Shown here in pieces: positions 13,463 to 23,625 of a stretch of DNA of 64,000 bases. The position numbers and the translations under genes were made by a program. The notes beneath the pieces were generated by a model that saw only the letters and a list, made by a program, of their open reading frames with translations, was not told where the DNA came from and searched no databases. How positions within the stretch are numbered: position 1 is the stretch's first letter; every line of letters starts with the position of its first letter. Origin of the DNA: Peribolospora baueri (Eukaryota); contig JAMDHS010000001.1 of the NCBI GenBank assembly GCA_029717555.1, positions 124,001 to 188,000 on the forward strand, written 5' to 3'.

Positions 13463-15181
13463 CTAGTTCTCGTCTACGCGGTGACGTTTCCTCGGCGCAT
13501 CGTCGTACCCTCCGGCGGCACCCATACCACCTCCACCCCCACCAGGGCCGCCTGGGCCACTACCGTCGAAGAAGGCAGGGTTGTAATGCCCTTGAGCGGG
13601 GAAGCCTCCGCGCCCGCTTCCGCGCCCTCCGCCGTTGCCCATATAACCGCCCCTGCCCCCTCCGGGACCCCCTCTCATTCCTCCCCCACCGAACATGGGC
13701 GGACCACCTGGAGGGAAGCCCATTCCTCTGCCCATCCCCATGGGGGGCATGCCCATGCCCATCCCCATAGGACCTCCCACGGGCGGCATGCCCATGTTCA
13801 TCGGCATCCCTCCTGGCCCGCCCGGTCCACTAGGCATGCGCATTCCGCCTGGACCTTGGGGCATTCCCATCCCTCCGCCGCCGCCCATTCCGCCACCCCG
13901 ACCCCCACCCATGCCGCCTTGTCCGCCGCCTCGACCACGGCCGGAGCGTTCTTTTGGCGGGGGCTCTGGATTGGGAGAATGGAATGAAGAAAAGGTCAGT
14001 AGAGCGTCAGGAGGAGGAGAGTAGCCACGAATCCATTCCTGTGCATTATCTCAGCTGCTCGCTACGAAGAGCTATCCTTGGTATCTCACCCTTGGGTAAT
14101 GTCCGGAAAGGATTGCCATTGGCGGAAGTGGTAAGCGTGACGAGAGCCTTTTTGAATTGGAAGTCGCTGTGATTGGAATGGCGCAACGTCACGTGCGCGA
14201 AGAGGTGGCGGGCAAAGGACAGAATCGTTAAGACCGTACTCGGCTGGAATCCTGAGACTGGATTTAAGTCGCCAATGAAGGCTCAAACCCACTTCTGCTC
14301 GAACCACCGCTTGACGGCTTGTGCGTCTGCCTCGTTCTGGAACTCAACATAGGCAACCCTGCGAGGCGAGAGATGACGGTTGTTGGAGGTGTGGATGGAG
14401 GCGACACAATTCAGTCGGCTGATCGAAGGAAATTTGCAAGACGTAGGGCCCCCGTCTCCTCGTCGGCACAAGGTAGAGCAAACAAGAAACGGGGCACAAA
14501 CCCTTTGGACTTTCCGTTCACTTTGTGCTCGGAAAAGGTAATATCTTTCAGTTCGATCTGCACGCCAGCTTTGGCTGCTGCTTGTCGGAGGTCTTCATCC
14601 GTCGTCCACTAAACGAGTAGGCACCGTGGCGATCCGAAAAAAGGGAACGCACCGATACGATTGAGAGACGGAAATCCAGAATGGAGTGATAATACACGAT
14701 GACGACGCACCCAATTCAACTCTCCAATGTACAGCGCATCGCTCGCGTTCGGGTCCTTCGGCTTGCTAGGAATGGACGCGGGCTTCGGAGGGGTCGCAAC
14801 CATCGGCGATTGCGCTGGTGCTACCGGCGCCGCCGCTGGCGCTGGTGCGGCCGGTGCCGATGATGGAGCTGGTGTGGAGGCCGCAGGCGCTGGAGGAGGC
14901 GTCGGCGAGGAGGCGGGCATGGACACGTCCTGGTCCGCGACGGCGCCTTCACCGGCACCCACGCCGTCGGATTCTGTCGTACCTAGGCCGACATCCTGGT
15001 GGCGGAAAGGGCGAGACAGATTGGGTCAATTGAAGGGTAAGTGTATCTGTCGCAGTCCCAGGCAGCTAGTCCACTACTCGAACAGCGGCCCACTGACGTG
15101 TCCTTGTGAACGACGAGCCGAAGAGCAGCGGCAGCATGCCTAGATACTCACCCCGTACAGATCAAAGTTGTCATCATCCAT
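13463..15181 (-). CDS. RRM protein of the CPSF6/CPSF7 (CFIm68/59)-like type with Gly/Pro/Met/RGG low-complexity tail
   Basis: Exon 1 [30 protein letters not shown]...[28 protein letters not shown]; tail motif GHYNPAFF. Stop at 13463. Confidence 0.8.
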
Positions 15182-16097
15182 GGCAAAGTCGAGGCCAGCT
15201 TCGTCGTGACGTCTGTATACCAGGCGGTAGGGGGGAGGAGGGAGGAAGGGCGGATGCACACTCTCCGGACCGTTCGCCGCTTGTTTTCGCTCGTCGTTCG
15301 TCGTTGTCGAAGGTCTGATCGATCAGTCTTCGATTCATTCAGACGTCGGCAGACGCGGAGCGCGTGCGAACTGCCGCAGTCGGTCTCGCAGAGGGCGGGG
15401 TTAGGCGTAGACAAGCGGGATTAAGCGGCCGGGTGTCTTCCTGTCTTGCCCGTTCGTCATGCAGAGATTCATTTTCGACGCTTCTCATTCCCCGCGATGC
15501 AACTGCCTTGCCTTCGACGTCACTTGCATGCACCCAGGTGCGACACGTCTTGATGCCTGACTCGCTTGCTCGCTGATCAGGCATCTCTTGCTCGCTGCTA
15601 TGGCAGGATCTGGCGTTGATCCTCGAGGCCCTGGTTCGGAGCCTGACTCGTCCGTGTCGCTCACCTCGCGTTATCTTCGTCCGACATCCCAAGTCTCAGC
15701 ATGACCGCTTGGTCCCTTGACGTGTGACCAACCAGATGTCTGTTTCTGTTGCGATCAAATTACAGCTTGGCCGTCGTTTTATTGCAGTGTCTAGACGTCC
15801 TAGGTTCTGGACATAGGGTGGTCAAGTGTGTCAGGAGAGTCGGGGTAGGGCTAGGAAAAAGACCATCTCACAACGGCGGTGACGATGTCCAAAGTCCTTG
15901 CTTTCTATGCGGAGATCGTATCCTCTCTTGTCGTTCTGCAAGACATAAAAGGTATGCCATTCGTTGCCCTTCAGCTGCCGCATTTCCCCATCAGTCCTCT
16001 CCATCCTCTCCAACACGCTTTCAGCGCTCACCACCAGTCTCACCACACCCGTTTCTTCATCCACTCGTTTCTTCGGTCCACGCTCGCTCCGCCAAAC

Positions 16098-16954
16098 ATG
16101 CAGCTCCGACCCATCCTTCTCCCCGTTTTAACCCTTGCGCTCTCCTCTACCCTTGCCCTCGCGTCCGCCCCTGGCGCTGTTCCGGAGACTGGCAGCTCCC
16201 TCGTCGCGCGCGGTGAGAAGGCGCACCAAGAGGTCAAGAAGTTGGAGAAGAAGTCGCATCACGAGGTCAAGAAGGTAGAGAAGAAACCACACCACGAGAT
16301 CAAGAAGGTGGTGGTTAAGAAAGTGGAGAAGAAGCCGCATCCCAAGATCAAGAAGGTGGTGGCGAAGCCTCATCACAAGGCCAAGAAGGTGGTGCAAAAG
16401 CAAAAGTTCAGGCCTGCTCCCAAAGGGAAGGTGGTTACCGCGCCCCCTCCCAAGGGGAAGGTGGTTACCACTGTAATTAAGCCCGAGCCTTGCCTTGCCG
16501 GGATCAAGAAGCGCGGCGGTGGCGATGGTAGTCCCTTCGGAGGTTTCGGAAACCAGCAGGCCAATGGATCTGGTAACGGCAACGACCAGGGCAACGACTC
16601 TGGAAACGCTAAGGCCTGTCAGGAGGCGAACGGCGGTTTCGGTGGTATCGGTGGTTCGGGCCACAACGCGGCCAAGGGTTTCTCCCAAGGCAATGGACTC
16701 TTTTCTGGAGATGGTATAGCAATGTGAGTCGGACCCCTCCGCCTCAATGCCGGGCGACCAGGGGAGACATTACTCAATCATTTCTCTGAAACGTCTTCTT
16801 GCCTGCCAGCGGTGGCAATGGTGGCCCCGGCGGCTTCGGTGGTGGGGGCGGCGTGAACAAGAACATTGGTGGCCTGAACTCAAAATTCTTCGCGGACGAC
16901 TTTTGGTGGAACAAGCGCGACATGCTGAAGCTCAATGCCCGCGAGCATGAGTGA
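16098..16954 (+). CDS. Orphan secreted precursor (about 256 aa): signal peptide, Lys/His/Val-rich repeats, Gly/Asn-rich segment, dibasic sites
   Basis: ATG 16098, MQLRPILLPVLTLALSSTLALA. Intron 16724-16809 (gtgagt...ccag). Exon 2 IGGNGGPGGFGGGGGVNKNIGGLNSKFFADDFWWNKRDMLKLNAREHE* with TGA at 16952-16954. Confidence 0.7.
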
Positions 16955-17046
16955 GCCCGAGGCCCGTGGCGGCGTGAGTAACGCGGTGGACCTTATAGCG
17001 TGCCCTGTCTCCGAGCTCATGCCTTCGCTCATCGCTCTCCCAACAG

Positions 17047-17274
17047 TGCGACGACTACTGGAAGCGGGGCGGCTGCGACGATGGCGTCTTCAGGCGCCGG
17101 GGCGGAGAATCGTTTTGCTGAGGCGCGGCCTGGAAGGCTCGGGGGTTGTACGACCTTGCCGACGATCTGATGAAGGGCAAGTGAGGCTTTGGCGAATGCG
17201 ACGCCTTCTACAAGAGGGGAGACTATGACTTTTTCAATTTCAAGCGTTATGATTTCGATTACTGCTGCTGCTGA
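17047..17274 (+). pseudogene. Disrupted third exon of the secreted precursor, encoding KR/RR-delimited short peptides
   Basis: After putative intron 16974-17046, one frame reads CDDYWKR GGCDDGVFRRR GGESFC* GAAWKAR GLYDLADDLMKGK* GFGECDAFYKR GDYDFFNFKR YDFDYCCC*. Confidence 0.5.
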
Positions 17275-17590
17275 GGGCGCGCCCAGACACGGGGAAGAAA
17301 GGGCAGACGGGGCCGCTTCTCGTTTCTTCGTTGTAGCTTGTCCTTGCGAGCTGGACGACAGATGGGATGCTCTTATTGTATTTGGCAAAACTAATGTCAT
17401 CGATCCGTCTTTCGAGAGTGGCTCCGTCGTCTGTACGCTTCACACCAACGCGCCGTCTCGTTCATTTAACGCTGCGACGGGTGCCGCAGCATGATCGATG
17501 GATGGCTCGAGAGCAGCGCGACGGAAACGGTACTCTACTCTTCTTTACGACCACCCCCGTCCTTCACGCTCCTTCTTGAGCCCGGTGGTC

Positions 17591-19906
17591 ATGTCAGCAG
17601 ACGGCCCAGAGACTGACTCGATCGAGCGCGCAGCCAAGCGCGCCAGGCTGCAGGCCCAGGAGAACCTTGAGACCGAGGCAGCCGAGGCGGCTGCGAGGAA
17701 GGAAGCGAGGAATGACCTATATCTCGACACGGTGAGTCGTCGCTACTACGACCGCATCCTGCTTGCTTCCTGGCGGAAGTGAACCAGGAAACGATTGAAG
17801 GACTGATAATGCTTCTTTCTTGTTTCTTTACCGGTTGCAGATCAACCGCGCAGCGCTCGACTTTGACTTCGAAAAACTCTGCTCCGTCTCGCTGAGCCAC
17901 GTGAATGTGTACGCGTGCCTCGTGTGCGGAAAGTATTTCCAGGGGAGGGGGAAGAGCTCGCATGCATACTTTCACTCAATAGACGAGGAGCATCATGTCT
18001 TTATCAATTTGGAAACTGCAAAAGTGAGTGCGGTGGGGGTAGTGGTGGCCGTAGGGCGGGGGTGCGCCAAGGGAACTGACCTTCTTCGTGCCCATACCTT
18101 CGTCATTTACAGGTTTACGTCCTCCCAGACGGCTACCCCGTCGACGACCCTTCATTGGACGATGTCAAGCACGTTCTAAATCCGATATTTACTGAAGCCC
18201 AAATCCACCGACTCGACGCTCCAGACTTGCCCCCTTCCTACGACCTTGGCTCTAAACCTTACCTCCCCGGCTTCATCGGGCTCAACAACATCTCCTCCAA
18301 CGATTACCTCAACGTCGTCATCCAGGCCCTCGTGCACGTCAAGCCCCTCCGAGACTACTTCATTCGAGGCGGCCCCCCCGGCTCTTGCGATCCCTCCTTC
18401 CTAGGCGCTACCGAGCTCGTGAAACGCTTCGCGTCGCTGACGAGGAAGATGTGGAACCCGAGGAATTTCAAGAGTCAGGTATCTCCCCACGAGTTTCTGC
18501 AGGAAGTTGTACATGCCAGCGGGAGGCGGTTTGAGATCACTAAGCAAGGGGATCCTTGCGAGTTTCTTGGGTGGCTCCTCAATAGGCTGCACCAGGATTT
18601 GGGCGGGACGAAGAAGAAAAACTCAAGTGAGTGACTTCCTTCTCTATTCTGTTTTTTAGAAGTGGTTATTAGCTAACCACCTATTGATTGCGTCTCTGCG
18701 CCGTACGCTCTTTGGCAGGTATCATCTACTCTTGCTTCCAAGGCGAGGTTCGCATCGAGACGCAGCAGATCATCATCCGCTCAGATCTCACGGAGGAGGA
18801 ACAGGCGGCCATGGACGCGAAGGCGGCCGCAGAGGGGACGATCAATAAATTTGACATTGATCGAGGTGAGAGTTTGTGCTGCAACTCGACCGTCTTTGTT
18901 CGCTCCCAAGGCCCAGCGCCGAGCTCATCGCTATCATTCCTTCGCCGTGCCTATGTCCTTTGCAGAAATAAAGGTCAGCAAGTCACCCTTCCTCTTTCTG
19001 GCCCTGGATCTTCCACCACCACCAGTCTTCCAAGACGTGGTGGAGAAGAACATTATCCCGCAAGTACCGCTCAGCGCCGTGCTGGCAAAGTACGACGGCA
19101 TGACGACCGAGGAAAAGCAGGGCCAGCTGCGCAGGTACAAGGTCACGCGCATGCCGCCTTATCTCATTCTTTGGGTTCGGAGGTTCACGAGCAATCGCTT
19201 CGTGGAGGAGAAGAACCCTACGATTGTCAACTTTCCGATAAAGGGCGTTGATATGGCACCATGTGGGTTTTCCGTGCCCACACGTTAGAGGTCTCTGTTG
19301 TGTTCCTCGACTTTGCCATTGGACTGACCACCTCCTTCTCGCCACGTTACGTACTGTACGCAGATGCCGAGGGCGTACCAATGCTTCCTTCCGCGTACGA
19401 CCTCGTAGCCAACATTACGGTTGAAACTCGAGCGGGAACGGTGCGAGAAAACACCGTTTGGCGCGCTCAGACACATACTCGCATCGATGGGGAAACGGCC
19501 AGCGGCTCTGGAGTTAAGGACAATGCGGAAGAGAGGACAAAAGCCTCGGAGACGGAGATGGGGACGCACGACGAAGGGAAACAGGAGGAAGAGATTCGAA
19601 AGGCGGAGGAGAAGTGGTTCCAGATGCAGGATCTCATCGTCGAGGAGATCAACAAGCAGATGATCTTCTTGGGCGAGAGCTACATACAGGTGGGTCCGGT
19701 TGTCATACTGTTGGACTCATCCCATCCCAGCTAGATCATACGTCTTAAACTCGTCTCCTGGAATCAAACTGGCTGACGACTGCTCTTTTCCCCTTATGCC
19801 CATCTACCCCGTCGCGCAGATTTGGGAACGACGAGATGGGGGGGCGGAACAAGTGGAGCGCGCCCTTGGCCGAAGAGCCCGACAAGCCGGCGAGAATCGA
19901 GGCTGA
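17591..19906 (+). CDS. SAD1: U4/U6.U5 tri-snRNP-associated protein 2 (Sad1/USP39, inactive USP with ZnF-UBP)
   Basis: DLYLDT|INRAALDFDFEKLCSVSLSHVNVYACLVCGKYFQGRG, YLPGFIGLNNISSNDY, RNFKSQVSPHEFLQ, FVEEKNPTIVNFP, WFQMQDLIVEEINKQMIFLGESYIQ|IWER. Confidence 0.95.
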
Positions 19907-20794
19907 TCGGTGGCATGTCTTCAGATATCCATTTGCTCCAAAATGTAGCGTCTCCGATGCGCGCTTGTGATGAATGTCATCCTGGATTCGTGCTCAAGTT
20001 CTCTGGAGATAAGGGAACTCGTTGAGGTCCGAGGCGACGATCTACCTTTGTGGCGCACATAGCCAAAAAATGTCGAGTCGCTCGACGTTAATCGGTACCG
20101 CCGCCGTCATCAAGTTCGGCGGATTCTACGCGCTGCGACTTTTGCATCTTTCAGCACGGCTCTGTCATGTACGAGCCCATCCTCGCGTATCCTCTGCATC
20201 ATCGTACTCTGCAAGATCGACGGGCGTGATCTTGGAAGGCGTCGTGGAAAGCAAGAGTCGCGTCGATCGCGCAGATGAAGCGGTCGAATCAGAGAGGAGA
20301 TAGACACTGGCCCCAGCGCCTCGGCCTGCGTATTGCACTGCGAGAGGTCAAACAGGAGGTGAATAGCTTGGATCTCAAGCATCATGACGCCGCCGACATC
20401 GGCTCCTCCCTCTTGTTGCTCCCACGGCCGATAAGGGTGTTCAACGTCGACGCGCAGTCGTGGACCCCCACCGAGGGGTCGGTCATCCGAGCCTGCTCGC
20501 AAGGGAACACAGAGACAGCTCGCTTGTATTGGAACAGCTCGAACCGAACTATTTCGACTATCTCGAGGCTCGGGGAAACAGAGAGAGCGACGAGGAGGCA
20601 AGGAGTACAACACGGGGGAGGGAGACGCGCAAGAAGGGAAAGGGAGGCTAATCCGTGGCACATAGGACGGGGTGGACCACCGTGCATTCGCCAACGCCCT
20701 CGCGTGTTCGGTCTTCCGTGAGGCGCCTAAACAGTCCAGTCGCAGAGGCGCCAGGTGGAAGTGCGGTTACTGGAAACACGCTCGTTCCGTTCCT

Positions 20795-20980
20795 CTACGG
20801 ACGATCATGGGTGCGAGCCTCCGCGGAGGAGGCGGCTTCGTTGCTCCCCTCCTTCGGCCTTTGTCGCTCCAGGTCCCGCGCCGCATCTTGGAGCGGTGGC
20901 TTGAAGATGTAGACGCCGCTCACTATTCCAACCACCGTAACGAGTAGAAACGAGGGTAGATTGCGCCGGAACCCTGACAT
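20795..20980 (-). CDS. 61-aa single-TM microprotein, PIGBOS1/Ecm19-like
   Basis: MSGFRRNLPSFLLVTVVGIVSGVYIFKPPLQDAARDLERQRPKEG... Basic N-terminus, TM ending in GVYIFxP, then a charged helix. GCCATG context; divergent from UTP11. Confidence 0.7.
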   Translation of the reverse strand: MSGFRRNLPSFLLVTVVGIVSGVYIFKPPLQDAARDLERQRPKEGSNEAASSAEARTHDRP

Positions 20981-21225
20981 GGCTGGGGAGACGTAGGCCG
21001 AGGAGGAGCCCGACGAGTTGCGATGTCGGAGATGATGTCGCAAGAAGGATTGGCGGTAGTACTTACGAAGCCATCCAGTAAAAGATTTCCGAGTATCACG
21101 TGACGAGCGCTGGCCGCAGCCTTTCTCTCGTTCGGCCTCTCCTCGCACAGACCTTTGGACTGAGCATCTTGCCAGCGTAGACCAAAACTACAAGACGAGC
21201 GAACGCCAAGGATAGTATCGACAAG

Positions 21226-22954
21226 ATGGCGAACCCTTTGCGCAACTTTGTTCATCGGCGCAATCACAAGGAGCGCTCGCAGCCAGTGTTGGTATTCCGT
21301 TCCCATCTTCTCGTGCTTTCCGACTGCCCTGCAGCGCTTCTCTTCTTACCTATCATTCCTCTTTGTCTTTTCCCTTTCCTCATTCCCTCCTGTTCATCAA
21401 ACCGATCAGACACCGCGAGCGTCTGGGTCTTCTGGAGAAGAAGAAAGACTATGTTCTGCGTGCTCGCGATTACCACTCCAAGAGGGACAGGATAAAACGG
21501 TTGCAGGAGAAGGCGGCGGTCAGGAACAAGGATGAGTTTTATTTCGGGATGATCAGGGGAAAGACCGCGGTAGGTACATGGACTAGCTGAACTCGCTGCG
21601 CTTGTGTACTGGACTTGGCGGTTGAAGTGAGAGAGCCCTCGGTGGCGAGGTGATCGAGAATCGCTCACGTCCGTCCTATCCAACGGTTCGCTCCATTGTT
21701 TCCACGGCACGTAGGGAGGCGTGCACATCCAAGACCGGGGCAACCAAGCGCTTCCGAACGGAGTGGTGAAATTGATGAAGTCGCAGGACATCAACTACGT
21801 CCGAACGCAGAGGGCCGCCGGAAAAAAGGTGAGGCGGACGTGGCTTTCTTGCCCCCGTTGTCCTGAGAATTCGAGCTGCTCAGCAACCTCATCTTCTCTG
21901 ATCTTACTCACTGTCCGAGGATATGCTCGCTGACTTTATTCTCAATTATCTTTGACGATTTCAGCGCATCGACGGCCTCGTCCAATCCATCGCCCCTCTC
22001 CTCCCCTTCGCCTCCCGGGATTGGATCGAGTCGGATGAAGACAGGATCGAGGCTCTACGCGCGGTCGGCTTGGTGGCGGCGGAACAGGAAAAGAAGACGC
22101 GAAAAGGGAAGAGCAAGGCAAAAGAGGGGGATGGCACCAGGCATACCGTTTGGGTGGATGAGGAACAGGATGGTGGGTGCACTTGATGGGTTTCTTCGCT
22201 CACCGCGACGTCGTCTTTTTGACGTCCTACAAATTGACTGATGAAGATACGACCTCGGTCATTGACGGCACTCCCTCTCTTTGTGACCTGGCAGCCAAAT
22301 CCTATACCCCCGCAACGCCCAGCCCCTTCTCCGCGGGAGACGGTCTCGACGGCGGCCTGGGCTTGGATAACCTGGACGTCGATTTCGACATGGAGGACGA
22401 CGATTTGGACGACTGGTATGGCGGAGAGGACGTCTCGTCGAACGTGAAAGGCAAGGGCAAGGCAAAGGCCGGGGAGATACCGCTGGATCTCGAAGGCAAG
22501 GACGAAGGCCAGCGAAAGAAGCTTGCACAGGTACGTTTTGGACGAGCCTGCGTCTCACCCGATTTGGCGAACGAGGACCGTCCGTCGCCCTGACGCGCGC
22601 GCTGCTCTGCTCCTCTTTTCTCCTTTCCTGCACGCATTCCGGAACTCGGCCCCGTTCTCGCAGAAACACCTCGCCTCGCTCATCCGAGCGCTCTCCTCCA
22701 GACTGAAGCGGGAACGCCTCTTGGCGTTGACGCAACGGGAAATGGAGCTCCAAAAGCTGCTGATGGGCAAGGGAGCCAAGCGCAAGATCGAGACGGTGAA
22801 GAAGGGAGAGCAAGGCGTCGTGAGTCTCAGCGGCGCCGCCGACGCCAAGGGCGGGCGCAGAACGCCGGGGTTGGCTTTGCCGGGGGAAGATAGTGATGAG
22901 GAGAGGAGGAAGGAGCCGAGGAGGTTCAAGTGGAAGGCGGAGCGGGCCAAGTAG
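21226..22954 (+). CDS. UTP11: SSU processome protein Utp11
   Basis: [10 protein letters not shown]...[42 protein letters not shown]-terminus [10 protein letters not shown]. Confidence 0.95.
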
Positions 22955-23625
22955 CGGTAGCAGCGTGTCTGTAGGCAATATAGCGGGTCTCTGCGAGGAG
23001 ACAACGCGTGCCTCTGCTGAGAGAAGAAACATCGGTGTCCGAATGCGAGAGCAGATGTGTGCCTGCCGAGCGTCCTCGCATGTCTACCGTCCATCATAGG
23101 TACCGTTGAGTCAGTACTGCAGTGGGGGACCACGCGGGAATCCTCAACGCTGCAGTTCTATTTTCTTTTTTCTTTTGCATTTTGCATTTTGCATTCTCAT
23201 TCTTTGCTCTTTACTTTTTATTTTATATTTCCATTCTTATACTCATCCATCCCTCTACTCTTCGCCCGTTTGGATTGCCTCGTGGGCGAAGAGAAGATAA
23301 TTGTCCAACGCCCCTCTGACACCCTTGGCCCTCCACTATTCATCTCCGCGTCTTTTATCTTGGCCGTTGCGGGTGGTGAAAGGGAAGAGGCTTCCTGCCC
23401 AAGTGCAAGCAAGTCATGGGCATGGCACGTTAGACATGTTCTGCCAAAGAAGGTAGCTATCCCTATATAGCAAAACAATGCGTGGCGCCAAAGGAGAGGA
23501 AATCGTCGGACATGACCGCGGTGGTCGCAAAGCCCGGGGCTGAGGTAGGGGGCCCTGCGTATAAAACAAAACGCGTACCCCCATGCGCTTGACCCACCAG
23601 CTGCCAGCGCTGAGGGATCGGCCGT

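Noticed and set aside
17119..17184. Selenocysteine recoding of the in-frame TGAs
   Set aside because: I recognised no SECIS element, Dikarya are not known to use Sec, and one TGA is better explained as CGA>TGA in a KR site.
17245..17274. YDFDYCCC* and GGESFC* as CAAX lipopeptide pheromone ends
   Set aside because: Cys is not four residues from the stop in either, the precursor has a signal peptide, and no STE3-like receptor is in the window.
10208..17274. MFS transporter plus peptide precursor as a biosynthetic gene cluster
   Set aside because: They are separated by a housekeeping RRM gene and no tailoring enzymes or cluster regulator are nearby.
20022..20721. ORFs of 93-194 aa between SAD1 and the microprotein
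   Set aside because: No recognisable motifs or consistent exon structure; probably UTR or intergenic sequence.
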